A stretch of DNA of 64,000 bases from an uncultured Gemmatimonadales bacterium. Lineage in GTDB: Bacteria; Gemmatimonadota; Gemmatimonadetes; Gemmatimonadales; GWC2-71-9. The stretch is from contig CAWGED010000005.1 of the NCBI GenBank assembly GCA_963821525.1, forward strand, positions 96,001 to 160,000, given 5' to 3'. Below are positions 60,630 to 64,000 of the stretch, in pieces; position 1 is the first letter of the stretch, and each line of letters begins with the position of its first letter. The notes below the pieces were generated by a model. It did no database searches. It was not told the DNA's origin and worked only from the letters and a program-made list of their open reading frames with translations. A program made the position numbers and the translations under genes.

Positions 60630-61699
60630 ATGCAGCTTCTGGTGATCAACTGCGGCAGCGCCACGCTCAAGTGGAAGCTGTTCCGTTTCACAGGGGGGCT
60701 GCAGGAGGCAATCACCTCGGGTGTTCTGTCCGTGCAAGAGAACGGCTGGCCCGAGGCGGTCACGGCGGCGTTGGCAGCGGTTCCGGTTCGCCCGGATGCG
60801 ATCGTGCACCGGGTGGTGCACGGCGGCGAAGTTGCGCAGGACGTAGTGTCGATCGACGGGGCGGAGTATGACCGGCTTCGGGGTCTCACTTCCCTGGCTC
60901 CGCTCCACAACACGACAGCGCTCGAGGCCATCGAGGCGACCCGGGACCTCGGCGTCCCCCTGTTAGCCGCCTTCGACAGCGCCTTTCACCGAACCCTTCC
61001 GGAGGTCGCTTACCGTTACGCCATTCCTCCCACTCCGGGCGTGCGCCGCTACGGCTTTCACGGGTGGTCACACCGCTACGTGACCGAGCGGTATGCCGAG
61101 CTGAGCGGGAATGCCTCTCCTACCATCATCACGCTTCATTTGGGGAATGGATGTTCCGCTGCAGCCATCCGTCAGGGCCACGCAGTCGACACCTCCATGG
61201 GATTCTCGCCACTGGAGGGCCTTCTCATGGGTACCCGGCCGGGCGATCTCGATCCCGGCGTCGTGCTGCACCTCCTGCGAAAGGGGATGACGCTCGAGGA
61301 GGTGGAATGGGCAGCTCAATCACGACTCCGGTCTGATGGGGCTGGCCGGGACCAACGACATGCAGGAGCTCCTCTCCCGTTCCGATTCGGCGGCGCGATT
61401 TGCGGTAGAGCTTTTCTGCTACCGGGTGCGCAAGTACGTAGGAGCGTACCTCGCTGTGCTGCGAGGGAGCCGAAGCCGTGGTCTTCACCGGCGGGATCGG
61501 GGAGCGCTCCCCTGAGATCCGGCGACGGATTTGCGAGCCGTTGGGGTGGGCAGGCCTCGTTCTCGACGCCGAGAGAAACCTTCGGGGGGACGAGCTGATT
61601 TCGGCGGAAGGATCCCGCCTCGCGGCCTACGCTATTCCCACCGATGAGGAGCGCATCATAGCGCGAGAGGCGGCCCGGGTGCTCGGGGCCGCCTCCTGA
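60630..61699 (+). CDS. ackA: Acetate/propionate kinase (frameshifts near 61312 and 61465)
   Basis: INCGSATLK, HRVVHGG, LAPLHN, FDSAFH, RYGFHG.SH, HLGNGCS, TSMGFSPLEGL.MGTR.GD.DP, VFTGGIGE, PTDEE. Confidence 0.93.
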
Positions 61700-61705
61700 T
61701 CAGGT

Positions 61706-62431
61706 TCAGGGCAATTGCGCTTCAAGCACCGCCTGCCGCTGATTCGCGTCACCATGGTAGGAGGTAGGAGACCCGAGATACCGTTCGAACCAACCTCGGG
61801 CCAGCTCCGCTACCTGGTCCAGTGTGCCAGCCTCTTCGAATAGATGGCCCGCGCCCGGGACGATCACCAGCTGCTTCGCCCGGGGCTGAAGCAGGTCCAG
61901 TGCCTCGCGGTTGAGAGTGATCACCGTAGCGTCGCGTGCCCCGACGATGAGCAGCGTAGGAGCTTTGACCCGTGGCAGGTACATTCCCGCCAGATCGGGC
62001 CGCCCTCCGCGAGACACCACTGCCTGAACCGACTGTGGCCGTAACACCGACGCCACCAGGGCTGCGGCACCGCCGGTGCTTGCCCCGAAGTAGCCGACGG
62101 GAAGAGCTCCAACGTCCGGTTGGGTAGCCACCCAGTCGGTGGCTAAGGCCAGCCGATCCGCCAGGAGCGAAATGTTGAACCGCAGCTCGGCCGTGGCCGC
62201 GTCGAGCACTTCCTCGTCGGCGGTCAGGAGGTCGAACAGCAAGGTGGCAAGTCCCGCTCTCTGGAGATGCTCTGCTACCCGACGGTTTCTCCGGCTATGC
62301 CGGCTGCTTCCGCTGCCATGAGCGAAGAGGACGATTCCTCGTGCCCCGGCGGGCACGACCAGATCACCGTCCAACGTTACTTGCCTGGCTCCGATCTGTA
62401 CCGACCGAGCCTGGTTCTTGAGCCCTGTCAT
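61706..62431 (-). CDS. Dienelactone hydrolase-like alpha/beta hydrolase (PRTase-associated type)
   Basis: FAHGSGSSRHS.RN, GYFGASTG, VSRGGRPDLA, VPGAGHLFEE. Confidence 0.9.
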   Translation of the reverse strand: MTGLKNQARSVQIGARQVTLDGDLVVPAGARGIVLFAHGSGSSRHSRRNRRVAEHLQRAGLATLLFDLLTADEEVLDAATAELRFNISLLADRLALATDWVATQPDVGALPVGYFGASTGGAAALVASVLRPQSVQAVVSRGGRPDLAGMYLPRVKAPTLLIVGARDATVITLNREALDLLQPRAKQLVIVPGAGHLFEEAGTLDQVAELARGWFERYLGSPTSYHGDANQRQAVLEAQLP

Positions 62432-62468
62432 CCGACATTGTCGCATCCCTCGGGACCCGGCCCGGCCG

Positions 62469-63821
62469 TCACAGCGCAGACGGGTAGGTCTCCAGTAACT
62501 CGGGTTCACCCCGTTCCCAGCCCGGCGTACGCTCCAGCGGTTCGACCGCCCGCGTGTGGTCATAATGCAGCACGGCATCAAATTGCCGTGCCAGGACCGC
62601 CGCGAAGTAATGGCTCAAGCGCTCCGTCTCCGGACGGTAGATCACGCCGATGGCGCGTTCGAGCCGCGGCGCCGCGAGAGCCGCGACGGCTTCGTTGGGT
62701 TGGCGAAGGTCAAGAAAGAAGTTCCCGATGCCACAGGCGTGGAAGAGCGCCTCGTAGCTCTCCGGCAGGGCGGGCCGGACAATCTTCCGCTCCGCCTCCC
62801 CGTTCCAGTCGGACGCGGCCGTTACGGTTCCGCTGTAGGTAGTGAAGCCGACAAGGAAGGCTGCTCGACCGAATTGCTCCCGAACCAGCTGCCCCACGTT
62901 CAGTTCGCCGCGATGGGCGCCCATCTCCGTAGCCCGTGCGTCCCCAAGGTGCGAGTTATGGGCCCAGACCACGATCTTGGCGCGCCGGGGATCCGTCTCG
63001 AGAAAAGTGACCAGGGCACGGAGTGTCTCGGCCATGTGCTGATCCCGCAGATTCCAGGAGGCGGCGTGATCCTGGAACATCGCACGGTAGTAGCGTTCGG
63101 CGTTGGCCACGACTTTGGCATTCTGCTCCGCGAAGAACAGGTCATCCGCAGCTACCCGCCCATCGCGCTTGGCGTACTCGGCTGCCGCTGCGCGGAGTTC
63201 GACCAGCTGATTGATGACGGCGGTCTCACACGAGGGCGCGAGGCCAAGAGTCGTCGCGTAGCCGTAAGTCTGGGGGTCCCCGCCGAAATGTTCGAAGCAT
63301 GCGTAGCGATCCGCCGCCCTCACCGCCGCGTCGGGATCCACCACTTTCAGGTATTCGATCACCGCGTGCATCGACGCATGCAGACTGTACAGATCAAGCC
63401 CATAGAACCCCACCTTGAAAGCCTCGGAGTCTCGTGAGTCGTTGTGTTCCCGCAGCCAGCCCACGAAATCCAGCACATCCGCATTACGCCACATCCATTG
63501 GGGGAACCGCAGGAAGCCACCCAACGCCTCCGCGGAGTCGGGGTCGCCCGACCGCCCCCGGACGTACCGGTTGACCCGATAGGCATCCGGCCAGTCGGCT
63601 TCGACTGCCACTGCACTGAAGCCCTTCTCGCGAATCAGGCGCTTGGTGATTTCAGCCCGGACCCGATAGAAGTCGTGGGTGCCATGCGAGGCCTCGCCCA
63701 GGAGCACCAACCGCGCGTCTCCCACGGCGCCCAGCAGGGCATCGAAGTCGGCCGTCGTCCCCTGGAGCCCACACGCGGCCGAGCGAAGTGTGGGGATGAG
63801 CCGTTCAGTTCCGCGCCGCAT
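62469..63821 (-). CDS. Erythromycin esterase family protein
   Basis: LLGEASHGTHDFY, EADWPD, FP.WMWRN, GLDLYSL, WNLRD.HM, WAHNSHLGDARAT, RAIGVIY. Confidence 0.92.
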   Translation of the reverse strand: MRRGTERLIPTLRSAACGLQGTTADFDALLGAVGDARLVLLGEASHGTHDFYRVRAEITKRLIREKGFSAVAVEADWPDAYRVNRYVRGRSGDPDSAEALGGFLRFPQWMWRNADVLDFVGWLREHNDSRDSEAFKVGFYGLDLYSLHASMHAVIEYLKVVDPDAAVRAADRYACFEHFGGDPQTYGYATTLGLAPSCETAVINQLVELRAAAAEYAKRDGRVAADDLFFAEQNAKVVANAERYYRAMFQDHAASWNLRDQHMAETLRALVTFLETDPRRAKIVVWAHNSHLGDARATEMGAHRGELNVGQLVREQFGRAAFLVGFTTYSGTVTAASDWNGEAERKIVRPALPESYEALFHACGIGNFFLDLRQPNEAVAALAAPRLERAIGVIYRPETERLSHYFAAVLARQFDAVLHYDHTRAVEPLERTPGWERGEPELLETYPSAL

Positions 63822-64000
63822 AGCGTTTCTCCACATCCCCAGAGGCTCGTTGCTGGAGTGCGGCCCGGACTTCCTCATCGCTCGTCTGCTCGAAATTGTG
63901 GTACCACTCGCCGACGGCCCGGAACGGCTCGGGCACGTGCCACGGCGGCGCAGCGGTCGGCCACCCGTCCCAGGGCATGCCATGCGCTCTCCGACATCAC
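63805..64000 (-). CDS. Phosphoribosyltransferase family protein, C-terminal end (5' part outside the window)
   Basis: Manual translation: PEPFRAVGEWYHNFEQTSDEEVR. Confidence 0.75.

Overview
GC-rich bacterial chromosomal segment, probably Gemmatimonadota (inferred from gene repertoire, not from a search). It carries about 55 genes and no rRNA, tRNA, CRISPR array or intact transposase. Left part: housekeeping genes (mpg, kbl-tdh, UbiD-family decarboxylase, rlmI, aroH, thiE, mltG, ruvX, rho, M50 protease) and an RDD/SpoIIM-DUF4129-DUF4350-MoxR-DUF58 cluster. Middle: a catabolic region (Rieske oxygenase, GH38, RidA, GDPD, peptide-type ABC transporter, GHMP sugar kinase, heparinase II/III-like protein, class III aminotransferase, two amidohydrolases, two PilZ proteins, SolA-like oxidase, serine hydrolase). 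At 40.5-50.4 kb is an accessory island with a TonB-dependent receptor, a membrane Ser/Thr kinase and a membrane SARP activator. Right part: an ABC exporter, an apparent amino-lipid operon, a double-cupredoxin lipoprotein, ackA and a PRTase/erythromycin-esterase/hydrolase trio. About 20 genes carry single-base frameshifts, most likely long-read consensus errors, so many genes here are stitched from several ORF-track pieces. Most interesting: (1) the five-gene acyltransferase/ATP-grasp/DedA/NRDE/DinB lipid operon; (2) inverted heptamer-array pairs, each with its own unit, that abut stop and start codons, one enclosing a hidden four-helix-bundle gene; (3) the kinase-SARP-TBDR module, with paralogous sensor domains and 11-bp-phased heptamer boxes between the genes; (4) the glycan/amino-sugar operon with tandem CRP-like boxes.
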